In this document: piece by piece, positions 35,863 through 45,261 of the stretch
Position numbering within the stretch: the first letter of the stretch is position 1
Layout of the letters: the number at the start of each line of letters is the position of its first letter
Source: Thermoplasmata archaeon
GTDB taxonomy: Archaea > Thermoplasmatota > Thermoplasmata > Thermoplasmatales > Thermoplasmataceae
Direction: 5' to 3'
Assembly (NCBI GenBank): GCA_021800105.1
Contig: JAJYZI010000002.1
Location: forward strand, 1,390 to 65,389
DNA: 64,000 nucleotides
Notes under the pieces: generated by a model
Databases searched by the model: none
What the model was told of the DNA's origin: nothing
The model's input: the letters and a program-made list of their open reading frames with translations, nothing else
Translations under genes and position numbers: made by a program

Positions 35863-36438
35863 TTGATGCTCATTTTTGCGGTATCATCATTCATTGTTAC
35901 CAGGATGTGGTTTTCCTACAAGAAAAACCTGCAGGAGCAGGAAGGAAAGCACGGTGAACGTGGTGTTTCAAATGTTTTTTACGCCGGCCTGGTTGGAGTC
36001 ATAATTGCTCTTGCAAGCGCATTAAGCAATTACTACCATCTAACCGGCATACATTTTTTCGAGCTCTTCGCAATCTCTTTCGCTGTGATAACGTCGGATA
36101 CATTCGCTTCAGAGATAGGGGTGATAGATCCTAATGTCCGCCTGATCACGAACATGCAGAAAGTATCTCCTGGAACAAATGGCGGTATTTCGGTAACTGG
36201 AACTATTGCTTCAATAATCGGAGCACTTATTATAGGAATTTCATTCTCTTTGCTTGCCTATGAGCATTTCATTCTATACAAGATACTCTTTGTAACGGTT
36301 ATGGGTTTTGCAGGGAACTTAGCAGACAGTGTTCTCGGAGCCACGCTTGAGAGGGGAGGAAAGATAACAAAAGGTGGTGTTAACCTCTACTCCTCACTGT
36401 TCGCAGTCGTAATATCAATAATTGTACTCAGCCTGTGA
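35863..36438 (+). CDS. DUF92/COG1836 (TMEM19/VTE6-like) integral membrane protein; the true N-terminus probably lies upstream
   Basis: FAVSSFIVTRM..K..GERGVSNVFYAG and C-terminal ..GNLADSVLGATLE.. match DUF92. The same frame stays open and hydrophobic back to 35680 without any ATG/GTG/TTG (see findings). Confidence 0.6.
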   Translation: MMLIFAVSSFIVTRMWFSYKKNLQEQEGKHGERGVSNVFYAGLVGVIIALASALSNYYHLTGIHFFELFAISFAVITSDTFASEIGVIDPNVRLITNMQKVSPGTNGGISVTGTIASIIGALIIGISFSLLAYEHFILYKILFVTVMGFAGNLADSVLGATLERGGKITKGGVNLYSSLFAVVISIIVLSL

Positions 36439-37093
36439 TGCTCCCTTGAGGCATTGAAAAGTAGTTGTCTTTTTCAAGTAGCATTGCTTCTTCGAATCCC
36501 CTGAACCTCATTTTCCTGTTCAGGCTGAATCTTAGAGTATCCAGTTCATGTATCTTCTTCTTCGCGTCCTCCATGAAATTATCATGTTCAAGGACATAAT
36601 CTGCGTTGAGTCCCTGCTTTGCGGGCTCAACTGGCCTTACTCCAAATCTTGATGACGTGAGTGATCCCAGCAGCACGAAGTTGTATCCCGGCGTAAAACC
36701 CAAGGCGGAGGTGTTGGACGATATTATTGCGTCACTAAGAAGCACAATCTCGTATCCTATCCCGACTGCAGGCCCATTGACCAGCGAAAATACCGGCTTG
36801 TTTAACGAGTATATGGTCTTGATAAGCGCATGCGCATAGTCGAAGAATTCGCGAGCTGCGCCATCCTTTTCATCCAGCATTATCTCTTTCAGAAAAATTT
36901 CATTTATCCCAGTTATTGCAATGCTTCTGACGGAATCATCCATGTATGCGATGCCTACAACTTGGAGCAGCTCCTTGAAAAGGCTCTGCCTAGATCTGCC
37001 CTTGCTGTCACAGCGCATCACAATCAGGCCGATGTTTTCCTCTTTCCAGAATGATAAGTCATGAAAGCCATGAGTCGTTATGTTACTACTCAT
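36428..37093 (-). CDS. Crotonase (enoyl-CoA hydratase/isomerase) superfamily protein
   Basis: ..PVFSLVNGPAVGIGYEIVLLSD.. corresponds to the A-x-x-G-x-A-x-G-G-G oxyanion-hole region of crotonases, here in degenerate form. Overlaps the cytochrome b stop by 8 nt. Confidence 0.5.
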   Translation of the reverse strand: MSSNITTHGFHDLSFWKEENIGLIVMRCDSKGRSRQSLFKELLQVVGIAYMDDSVRSIAITGINEIFLKEIMLDEKDGAAREFFDYAHALIKTIYSLNKPVFSLVNGPAVGIGYEIVLLSDAIISSNTSALGFTPGYNFVLLGSLTSSRFGVRPVEPAKQGLNADYVLEHDNFMEDAKKKIHELDTLRFSLNRKMRFRGFEEAMLLEKDNYFSMPQGSITG

Positions 37094-38792
37094 GGTATTC
37101 TACCAGTCTGTACACCCTGATTATAATTCCAGCGAGGATAAGGACTATTCCGAGACCTATTCCAAATTCCATTGCCTGGGTTATTGGGTTGAGGGTGAAC
37201 ATCACGTATGTCAGGATTATTGCAACAAAAGCCAGCACTGCCGATATCACGATACCTGAATTCTTGCTTATCTGGAAAGCTGCATGAGTGACTGTTTCCC
37301 TTTCCAGTCTTGCGGTGTAGTCGGAGCTCTTCATGACACCGAATGCAACAAACGATGTCACTCCGCCCGTGAACACTGCAGAAACCAGGTTGAGACCGTT
37401 CGGGTGTGCCATGAAAGCAGCTATATTCTGTGAAAATACAAGCATTGCGGCTATGAAGATGAAGATGAATGCAAGATATGAAGTCATGAGCTTGTTCGCA
37501 GTTATGACGAGTCGTCCCTTCCTGTATTCTCTGGATACAAGCCACATGCCAAGCATGACAATTACAAATGGAACTAAGAATATCACCGCAACAGTGGTCA
37601 TAGATATCTGTATACCTGGAGACAGTGCCCCCCATGCAGACAGAACAACAAGATAGATGAACGTCAGTATGCCAAGACCTGTTATTATCGGCCGTGCTAA
37701 GGGATGCCTGTCATTGCTCCTGTCTATGAATGGAAGAATGAGGAGGTAAACGGCAGGTATGCCACCGAAGATGAGCGAGATAACAAAATACGGTGCCAGG
37801 CCGTGAAGCGGCCCAACCTCATATGGAATTATGTTGAAGTCGACTGCCTTGTAGAGGAAGAGCAGGAACCATGGCGGATACGCAGGTATCACGCCGCTCT
37901 GCACAAGCGGGATCTGCGCTGGAGAAATCGGGAAAGGTGAAAACAGGACGGGGACATTGGGTATTACGGCTATGATGGAAGGTATCAGTATAATCAGGCC
38001 GAATGAGAACAAGGCGAGCTGCGTCATGAAGGCGAAATTATAAGGCCACCAGGGCCTGTATTCGGGCTTTTCCTTGTCGACAGCAGGAAACTTGTGGTTT
38101 GTGTCCTCTGGTGAAGGCATTATTGTGTTGGATTCCGCGAGGTAGAAGTGCAGGCCAAACACGAGCCCGATAAGCGCCGTGAATATGATGTGCCATCCAA
38201 GCATTCTCATAAATGTCCCGGCTGCTGTGCCATTTCCGAAAACAATAGTTTCGAGAAAAGTCCCCAATACCGGCGTGGATGCCGCAATTCCCCTTCCCAC
38301 ATCCGTAGCGTCAAGCGAAAGCTGATCGCCTGTCATTGAGTAACCGAAATACGCAACTCCGAGCGTAAGCCCAAGAAGAATAACGCCAAGAATCCACTGC
38401 AGTTGCCTTGGCTTTTTGTATGATGCAGTGAAGTAGTTCCTGAACATATGAACATAAATCAGTACTATCATGGCATAGGCACCATACAGGTGTGTTGAAA
38501 GTATCAGTGCACCATAAGGAACGCTCGTGATAAGGAATTCAGTGCCGTTGTATGCATTGGACGGATCATAATAAAGCAACAATACCAGGCCGGTAATAAC
38601 CTGGTACACGAAGGCCATCGATATCAGCGCTCCAGTCCAGTACCAAATGCCTCCCTTCCTTCTCATGTATGAGGGCACGCGCTTCAATGGGAGTTCGTTG
38701 ATATGAAGACCCTCAACTCCAACCAAGGCATTTACCTTATCCATAGCATTCTTGGAAATTTCTGAAACCTTACCAGTCAATGATTTATCCAT
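37086..38792 (-). CDS. Cytochrome b of a Rieske/cyt b (bc-type) quinol-oxidising complex, extended form
   Basis: ..QVITGLVLLLYY.., ..STHLYGAYAMIVLIYVHMFRNYFTASYKKPRQLQWILGVILL..FGYSMTGDQLS.. are the classical helix A-D segments with paired His. At 568 aa it has extra C-terminal TM helices. Confidence 0.8.
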   Translation of the reverse strand: MDKSLTGKVSEISKNAMDKVNALVGVEGLHINELPLKRVPSYMRRKGGIWYWTGALISMAFVYQVITGLVLLLYYDPSNAYNGTEFLITSVPYGALILSTHLYGAYAMIVLIYVHMFRNYFTASYKKPRQLQWILGVILLGLTLGVAYFGYSMTGDQLSLDATDVGRGIAASTPVLGTFLETIVFGNGTAAGTFMRMLGWHIIFTALIGLVFGLHFYLAESNTIMPSPEDTNHKFPAVDKEKPEYRPWWPYNFAFMTQLALFSFGLIILIPSIIAVIPNVPVLFSPFPISPAQIPLVQSGVIPAYPPWFLLFLYKAVDFNIIPYEVGPLHGLAPYFVISLIFGGIPAVYLLILPFIDRSNDRHPLARPIITGLGILTFIYLVVLSAWGALSPGIQISMTTVAVIFLVPFVIVMLGMWLVSREYRKGRLVITANKLMTSYLAFIFIFIAAMLVFSQNIAAFMAHPNGLNLVSAVFTGGVTSFVAFGVMKSSDYTARLERETVTHAAFQISKNSGIVISAVLAFVAIILTYVMFTLNPITQAMEFGIGLGIVLILAGIIIRVYRLVEYHE

Positions 38793-38801
38793 TTGTTTAC
38801 C

Positions 38802-39512
38802 TCAACCGCTCAAATATGAAACCTCTGTTGTGCTGCCGCTCAATGGGTTTCCTCCTGTCAGGTCGCTGACACGCCCATAGATTGTAGGAGAACCTGGGGT
38901 CATGCCTACCGCAGTCAGTGTCTTATTGCTGTTATACGAAAGGACAACCGGAGGAAGCGGATGCAGTGTTGGGCCAGTAATGACCCCAGCTCCGGCATTT
39001 GGGTCATATGTGCTCCCGTGGCAGGAACAGTGAATATATCCAGGATTTGAAGAGCCCGTATACGCGGTTCCGATTACGCTTGTTCCGGGAGGGTAAAAGT
39101 GGATTTCAGGGGGTGTGCATCCCAAATGCTGGCATATCGCGCTAAAGGCAACAATACTGTTGTTGGGACCCACTCCAGGTGGAGAGTTATACGATCCACC
39201 AGTGGCTGGGATTGATACCTTTGTTGCTGGTATCGCCTTCCCAAGATTCAATAGGAAATTAGGGTCATTGGATAAGGGATAGTCAAACAGGAAAGGAACG
39301 CTTGTACTGACCGGAATGTTGTCCGCAATGATTGGCTTTCCATTGGTGTCAACTATAAGGAGAGAAGGGAAGCTGGTCAAGCCCACCGAAGGAGTAACAA
39401 GATTACTGAGTCCCTCCTTCAAAACGCCTGCAACTGCCGCCCCCGCAGAAAGAACTATCATGGCCTTCAGGAAAGTCCTTCTGGACTTGTCTTGAATTTC
39501 GTCTTCAGGCAT
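38802..39512 (-). CDS. Rieske [2Fe-2S] protein with a twin-arginine signal
   Basis: Tat-like KSRRTFLKAM plus a hydrophobic helix. Rieske boxes CQHLGC and CSCHGS. Confidence 0.85.
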   Translation of the reverse strand: MPEDEIQDKSRRTFLKAMIVLSAGAAVAGVLKEGLSNLVTPSVGLTSFPSLLIVDTNGKPIIADNIPVSTSVPFLFDYPLSNDPNFLLNLGKAIPATKVSIPATGGSYNSPPGVGPNNSIVAFSAICQHLGCTPPEIHFYPPGTSVIGTAYTGSSNPGYIHCSCHGSTYDPNAGAGVITGPTLHPLPPVVLSYNSNKTLTAVGMTPGSPTIYGRVSDLTGGNPLSGSTTEVSYLSG

Positions 39513-39810
39513 TAAACCACTGAATTAATCAAAGTGTTTAAATTTTGTTATCTCTCCGTACTGAAGAACTGGCCGACCTATACTCCCATAGAGAAACTTT
39601 CCCTATTACCGAGATTCCGACTGACGTTTTCCAAATCATGAAGATTCCCACGATTACCGTATTTCGTTGAGCGAATAAATTTAGTTACATTGCTATTGTT
39701 TATGGTCAGGAGATCATTGCCAGTTTCACCTTATCCTCATCAAAGCATTTTTATGAAATCAACATGAAAATAAAATTATACCAAGCAATAATTAACCGTG
39801 TAATTTAACA

Positions 39811-39883
39811 GGGCTCGTAGTCTAGTGGTTATGATACCGCCCTTACAAGGCGGTGGCCACCGGTTCGAATCCGGTCGAGCCCA
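39811..39883 (+). tRNA. tRNA-Val (anticodon UAC)
   Basis: Hand-folded cloverleaf. Acceptor GGGCUCG/CGAGCCC, anticodon stem CCGCC/GGCGG with loop CUUACAA, T arm ACCGG-UUCGAAU-CCGGU, discriminator A. No intron, and CCA is not encoded. Confidence 0.9.
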
Positions 39884-39927
39884 TACAAAAACATCTCCTC
39901 CTTCTTTAAGAACGCATTGTATTTTGA

Positions 39928-41448
39928 TTATACTTGCCTTACTTTATAGACATTATATGAATCGAATATGCCTGCAAGCTGGTAGTAGGGAGATGGGAAT
40001 GCAACAATATGCCCATCAACCGTAGTATTAAGCAACCATGACTGCACAATAATGTAGCTGATGTTATACTTAGTTATATTGTACAGGGATGAGTTGCTTG
40101 TCGAAGCAATAATTATTGAAAGGCCGGCATTTCTTTCCTCTAACTGCAAAGGGCCAACAACAAAACCTGTGTATATGATCACCTTCGCGTTATCCTGGGA
40201 GGAAATGAATGTGCCTATATTCGGTGCCAGAACGGTTCCGTTGTTGAAGTGTGTATAACCAAACTGAATCAGTGATGGACTGTATTCAAAGTCCCCTGAG
40301 TTGTAGTAAGATACGGTGTTCGATGCAAATAAAATCTGGACAGGAGCCATAATTATCAGAAAGATTACGGTACACAATATAAGGCGCTTACCCCTTATTA
40401 TCCTCAGATTCCGGTAGATACCAGATTTTCTGATGATTCCAAGGTTTTTGAGCACTATTATCATCAGCATCGTGTAGGAGAAAAGCATCATCCTGCCTGT
40501 CAAAGTAGGATCATACAGTAGGAAGAACAGCCCGCTTGCGCTTGCAATCAGTGCAATAGAATATGAGTCCAGCGGCTCGAAATGTCTCGACCGGAATGAC
40601 GCGAAAAGCTCAACCAGGGCGAGGAACAGTATTGGTATCATAAACGGTACAGCCTGAAAGAGGACGGCCGCGTTCCCGACCTGGGATATCAGGCCCGTAC
40701 CAGCAGAGAGTGAAACAGTGGCCGCCCCAAAAATAAAATGGATACGTGGTACCCACCAGACTGCTCCGGCGGCCCCTCCAACAAGAAGGAGTATGAGAAC
40801 CATAATTGCTGAGCGGAAGTTTCGCTTTATTGCATCGAATAAGATTATACCTGCAACAACAAGCAGGGAATAAAAATAAGTAAGGTCATGCGTGTAAGCG
40901 ATAAGAATGAAAAAAATGGAGGCATATGGCAGCCATCTTTTGTTGTTACCCCTCTGATCGACAAAGTACAGCATCACAATCAAGAAAAAGGTAGCTATGA
41001 TATCTGGATAGCCTCCCCATGACAACTCATAAAGAGAGGCGTCAAAGAGAATCAGCAGCCCTGCTGTAAGAAGAAATTCAACCCTGTTTTGAAATTTCTT
41101 GAAATAAAAGGCAAGAAATATTGCCTGGATTGAAGAAACAGTTATTGCAAGATAGAAGAGCTCATATATCGCCGTATACGCAGGAAGTTGTGTGAGGTGC
41201 CCGAGTATGAGATTGATGGAAGAAATACCAAGAAAGATGAGAGGCGGATAAATGTAAGTGCTTCCGGGATAGTAAAGCGAGTTCGTTGCTGGAACCCATC
41301 CTCCGTTAAGCTCTATTTCAGTTACAAAGGATGCAAACTGGCCCGCGTCACCTGTCGGAAAGACTGCGCGAAGGAAAATAATTGATCTGGAGGCAAATGC
41401 GAAAATGAATATGATCGCTGCATATAGAACAACTCTTCTGCTTACCAT
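39928..41448 (-). CDS. Polytopic membrane protein, putative GT-C-type glycosyltransferase
   Basis: About 13 TM helices followed by a sequon-rich soluble domain of about 110 aa. There is an acidic motif in the first external loop (FPTGDAG), and the start overlaps the stop of the upstream GT1 gene by 7 nt. Assigned by architecture only. Confidence 0.35.
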   Translation of the reverse strand: MVSRRVVLYAAIIFIFAFASRSIIFLRAVFPTGDAGQFASFVTEIELNGGWVPATNSLYYPGSTYIYPPLIFLGISSINLILGHLTQLPAYTAIYELFYLAITVSSIQAIFLAFYFKKFQNRVEFLLTAGLLILFDASLYELSWGGYPDIIATFFLIVMLYFVDQRGNNKRWLPYASIFFILIAYTHDLTYFYSLLVVAGIILFDAIKRNFRSAIMVLILLLVGGAAGAVWWVPRIHFIFGAATVSLSAGTGLISQVGNAAVLFQAVPFMIPILFLALVELFASFRSRHFEPLDSYSIALIASASGLFFLLYDPTLTGRMMLFSYTMLMIIVLKNLGIIRKSGIYRNLRIIRGKRLILCTVIFLIIMAPVQILFASNTVSYYNSGDFEYSPSLIQFGYTHFNNGTVLAPNIGTFISSQDNAKVIIYTGFVVGPLQLEERNAGLSIIIASTSNSSLYNITKYNISYIIVQSWLLNTTVDGHIVAFPSPYYQLAGIFDSYNVYKVRQV

Positions 41449-42548
41449 GATGAACTTAGGATTTTTGAAAGCCTTTCTGTGATGACTTCCCAGTCGTACC
41501 TGAGCGAAAAATCGTGTGCGTTCTGGCTAAGGCCTCTCCATGCAGATTCATCCTTGTAGAGCATCTCTATCTTTGCTGACATGTCATCGAAGCTCTTCGC
41601 AATAATGCCGTTCCTGCCATCCTTTATTACCTCATTTGCTGCAAGATTATACTGCCCTTCTATTGTTATCACAGGCACGGAAGCTGCCATTGCTTCCAGG
41701 GACGCTATCGAGAATCCCTCTCTGTTGCTGGGCATCGCGAACAGCCATGACTCTTTCAGCTTTTCCACGACCTGGGACCTTGGCAGATGTCCCGTCACCT
41801 TCACGTTGGAGAATGAATTGGCCACGTGCTTTATATGATTTAACTGGCTTCCTGCTCCTATAACTTCGAGCTCAACCCCTTGTACCTTGCCTATACTTGT
41901 TATAAGTTGATCGACCCTTTTGTGAGGCTCGATCCTTCCGATATATAATATCTTCCCCCAGTTTTTCTGGTTCTGGCTATCGAGTTCCCTTACGTTTACG
42001 CCATTCTCAACTACCGAAACACTCGGTACATTGTACCTGCTTTCAATCATGGAAGCGACCGTGCTTGAAACCGCAATATTGTTTGTGAAGACCGTTGCAG
42101 CCTTTTTTTCCCATCTTTCTGCAATTTTCCACAAGAGTCCATTCTTTCTGTAGAAATCACCAAGCACCTCGTGCCACGTGAAAAACTTTAGCTTGTCAGC
42201 GGGCAGCACTGAAGCACCTTTCAGCGCAGGCAGGAGAGGAAACTCGTCAAACATATAAATATCGGCACCGTGATCTACCCTTAGTTTAGCCTTCAACCTG
42301 GACGCAAACTCGTGCACCCCGAGAATCTTCCTGGACCCCTTCTTAAAATATTGGCTCTCGTTCAAATCAGTAACATATTCGATCTCCAAGCCGGGTATAT
42401 TAGTGTGATCCGGGAATGGGTTTGTGAGCACCTTGACCTCAAAGCCTTTTCTTGCCAGGCGGACTAGTGTTTCGAATGCCCTCTTCTCGGCGCCACCTTC
42501 ATGAGGGTAGAAAGATTCATTGACAGACAGCAATGCGGGCAAATCCAT
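41442..42548 (-). CDS. Glycosyltransferase, GT-B fold (group 1/GT4)
   Basis: C-terminal E-x7-E region ..PSNREGFSIASLEAMAASVPVI.. typical of GT4 enzymes. Confidence 0.8.
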   Translation of the reverse strand: MDLPALLSVNESFYPHEGGAEKRAFETLVRLARKGFEVKVLTNPFPDHTNIPGLEIEYVTDLNESQYFKKGSRKILGVHEFASRLKAKLRVDHGADIYMFDEFPLLPALKGASVLPADKLKFFTWHEVLGDFYRKNGLLWKIAERWEKKAATVFTNNIAVSSTVASMIESRYNVPSVSVVENGVNVRELDSQNQKNWGKILYIGRIEPHKRVDQLITSIGKVQGVELEVIGAGSQLNHIKHVANSFSNVKVTGHLPRSQVVEKLKESWLFAMPSNREGFSIASLEAMAASVPVITIEGQYNLAANEVIKDGRNGIIAKSFDDMSAKIEMLYKDESAWRGLSQNAHDFSLRYDWEVITERLSKILSSSW

Positions 42549-42835
42549 CTTTTAGGTTCTCCTTATATATAGTAAGGTATCCGCTGCTTATATATTATAA
42601 TATTGAAAAATTCTTTTGCGAGATGCTTCGGGATTCGATTTCTTGGGATACGTACGGTGGGTTATCTGCATAGTCTTCCATTTTGCTGATTTAAATGGTT
42701 CGTTCAACAAAATGCTTTGATGCGACATTCCAGTCTATCTTTTCAATGTGACATCTCTTTCATGGTATTTTAGGTGCAATTGATTAATTTTTCAGAATCA
42801 GTAAGATTAAATGCCGGAATAATTATCGGGTCTAG

Positions 42836-43348
42836 TTGTCAGGGAAAAATAGGCCCACATGGGATGAATACTTTATGCGCATGGCCTTTCTTGCAGCCTC
42901 CAGAGCTAATTGCATCAGAAGGAGTGTTGGTGCTGTAATAGTGAAGGATAACCATGTAATTGCAACTGGATATAATGGTCCTCCTTCAGGGCTGGCTAAT
43001 TGCAGTGATGTGGGTTGCATAAGGGAGGACATGGGCATACGATCAGGCGAGAGGCATGAACTCTGCAGGGGGCTGCATGCGGAACAAAATGCGATAATCC
43101 AGGCAGCCGTCTATGGATCTAGCATCAAGAATGCAAAGATTTATGTGACAACTCATCCATGTGTTGTTTGCGCCAAGATGATCATAAACGCGACATTAAA
43201 TGAGATCATTTATGCCGAGGGTTACCCTGACGAACTTTCTGAGTTGATATTTATTGAATCCGGCATTAAAAGAAGGAGATTCACCCTGCCTACTGAAGAA
43301 ATTGAGGCAGTTATGGGAACAGTAAAACTGCAGCCGGGAGAAGACTGA
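42836..43348 (+). CDS. dCMP (deoxycytidylate) deaminase
   Basis: [14 protein letters not shown], zinc motifs HAEQNAI and [13 protein letters not shown] start. Confidence 0.85.
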   Translation: MSGKNRPTWDEYFMRMAFLAASRANCIRRSVGAVIVKDNHVIATGYNGPPSGLANCSDVGCIREDMGIRSGERHELCRGLHAEQNAIIQAAVYGSSIKNAKIYVTTHPCVVCAKMIINATLNEIIYAEGYPDELSELIFIESGIKRRRFTLPTEEIEAVMGTVKLQPGED

Positions 43349-43353
43349 GGCAT

Positions 43354-44001
43354 ATGAGCATTGTGGCTTTTGTCATAACACTTATTACGAGCACAATACT
43401 TAAGATCCAGTATCCAGGAATCTTTGTCCTTATGATGCTTGAGGGAATGCTTCTACCGATTCCGTCGGAGGTTGTTATGGTATTCGGCGGCTACTTGCTG
43501 TACGAAAATGAGTTGCCGCCTTATTCGTTAGCTCCCGCGTTCGCAATATTGCTTATAGTCGGCACGGTTGGAAACCTTGTAGGTGCCCTGCTTGCATATC
43601 TTATAGGTGACGTGGGAGGAGCAGAATTCATAAAGCTGTATGGAAAGAAGATTGGAATCAGCGAAAGGACAATAGACAGGGTCAACCTCTGGTTCAAGAA
43701 ATACGGAGAGGTCTCAGTTTTTGTGACAAGACTCGTTCCCATATTCAGGACATTCATCTCCATTCCAGCTGGACTTGGCAGGATGAATATTTCCAAGTTC
43801 ATCTCTTTCACGGTCATTGGAATGGTGATCTGGGACACTATCCTCATATATATAGGATACACACTTGGAACTAAATGGAATTACATACTTGGAATATCCG
43901 ATAACCTCACGTACGCTGCGCTTGCTGCCGCAGCTATTGTACTCATAGTGATATATTACATATCAAAAAAGTCTGCAAGGAATGGCACAACTGCTTCCTG
44001 A
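43354..44001 (+). CDS. DedA/SNARE-associated family membrane protein
   Basis: ..MLEGMLLPIPSEVVMVFGG.. and ..VTRLVPIFRTFISIPAG.. are DedA-family signatures. Confidence 0.75.
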   Translation: MSIVAFVITLITSTILKIQYPGIFVLMMLEGMLLPIPSEVVMVFGGYLLYENELPPYSLAPAFAILLIVGTVGNLVGALLAYLIGDVGGAEFIKLYGKKIGISERTIDRVNLWFKKYGEVSVFVTRLVPIFRTFISIPAGLGRMNISKFISFTVIGMVIWDTILIYIGYTLGTKWNYILGISDNLTYAALAAAAIVLIVIYYISKKSARNGTTAS

Positions 44002-44095
44002 AAGGTTTTTCCAACTCTCGGAACGATTTCTTAAAATTTATATATTTGATTACAATACATAGTTAACAACTAATGGTTGTGAAGGAGTGATTGAA

Positions 44096-44647
44096 ATGGC
44101 AAAGAAGAGAGAAAGAGACGATGACTGGGACAGGGATTTCTTTGGAGACGTGTTCGGCGATTTCGAAGAGGACTTCAGGCGAATGAACGAGAGGCTCACC
44201 AGGTTCTTCAACGGCATAAGGAGGAACCCTGACCAGAATATAGAGGGACCATTCGTGTATGGCTTTACATTCAGGCAGGGAACGGACGGAAAACCTTATT
44301 TCCAGGAATTCGGCAACGTGCCAGAAATGATGCATAACCGTATTCCCGACCAGCTGGAACAGGACATAAGGGAGCCCCTGACCGATATAAACGAGGATGC
44401 AACGAACGTATATATAACATATGAGCTGCCTGGTATCTCGAAGGACAGCATCGACCTGAAGGTCGCCGATACATCCGTGACGCTTAACGTGAAGGATGGG
44501 TCGAGGAAATACCACAAGGAAGTCACGTTTGAGCATATGATAAAGCCCGAGACCTGCAAGGCTAAGTTCGTGAACGGCATCCTTGATGTCACAATAGCAA
44601 AAGACAAGCCTGCAGAGGCATCCGGAAGAAAAGTCACTATAGAGTGA
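44096..44647 (+). CDS. hsp20: Small heat-shock protein (Hsp20/alpha-crystallin)
   Basis: Alpha-crystallin core (..DINEDATNVYITYELPGISKDSIDLKV.....AKFVNGILDVTIAK). The ATG at 44096 is preceded by GGAG 9 nt upstream. The ORF track starts at GTG 44087. Confidence 0.85.
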   Translation: MAKKRERDDDWDRDFFGDVFGDFEEDFRRMNERLTRFFNGIRRNPDQNIEGPFVYGFTFRQGTDGKPYFQEFGNVPEMMHNRIPDQLEQDIREPLTDINEDATNVYITYELPGISKDSIDLKVADTSVTLNVKDGSRKYHKEVTFEHMIKPETCKAKFVNGILDVTIAKDKPAEASGRKVTIE

Positions 44648-44652
44648 GGAAA

Positions 44653-45261
44653 ATGCTGGATGACGAGATAGAAGCTCTACTTGATGCGATCGAGAACTCC
44701 ACGAGGAGGGAGATATTAAGGGAGCTTACCTCTTATTCATCCTATGCGACAGAGCTGAGCAGGCTGGTAGGTGTATCGCAGCAGGCGATTAACAAGCACC
44801 TGTTCCTGCTGGAACGGGCTAACCTGATAAGACTGGTGGAGGATGTCGATAACAGCAGGAAGAAGGTTTACATTCCTTCTGGCTCCTCTTCACTTATTAT
44901 TGATTATTCAAGGAATTTTTTCACAGTGACGAAGAAAGATATATACGAAGGCAGCAAAGATTCTGCTGAAATTGATCCGAAGTCTAGCCTCATTGACCAG
45001 CTCCGGGATGTTGAGAAAAGGATCGATTCAATCACGGACGAAAGAATGGAGCTTCTTAGACTGAAAGACAAGATCATGGAAAAGATACACTCGAGGCTTA
45101 ACCTGCATCCTTTGGATCCAATCTCCAGAAAGATAATAACCGAATATATAGAAAGCCTTGATGTTGACAGGACTGCCGAAATAGTCGGAATGCCGCCTGC
45201 ACTTGTTGAGCATATCCTGTCGTTGAACAACCTGAAGGAAATACTCTCTAATCACGCATAG
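44653..45261 (+). CDS. ArsR-type winged-helix regulator with a coiled-coil C-terminal extension
   Basis: ..TRREILRELTSYSSYATELSRLVGVSQQAINKHLFLLERANLI.. is a canonical ArsR/SmtB HTH. It starts 5 nt after the hsp20 stop, or overlaps it by 4 nt if GTG 44644 is used. Confidence 0.7.
   Translation: MLDDEIEALLDAIENSTRREILRELTSYSSYATELSRLVGVSQQAINKHLFLLERANLIRLVEDVDNSRKKVYIPSGSSSLIIDYSRNFFTVTKKDIYEGSKDSAEIDPKSSLIDQLRDVEKRIDSITDERMELLRLKDKIMEKIHSRLNLHPLDPISRKIITEYIESLDVDRTAEIVGMPPALVEHILSLNNLKEILSNHA

Noticed and set aside
39513-39810. 298-bp A/T-rich spacer upstream of tRNA-Val, scanned for box C/D sRNA (RUGAUGA...CUGA) or another structured RNA. The 42549-42835 and 34416-34691 spacers were scanned the same way.
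   Set aside because: Only isolated partial boxes were found (ATGAAGA, CTGA, TGATGC), without the C/D'/C'/D spacing or terminal pairing. The composition is too A/T-rich for a stable structured RNA.
39825-40025. 66-aa plus-strand ORF in the track.
   Set aside because: Its 5' part lies over the tRNA-Val gene and its 3' end runs antisense into the 506-aa membrane protein gene. It is an artefact of the tRNA sequence.
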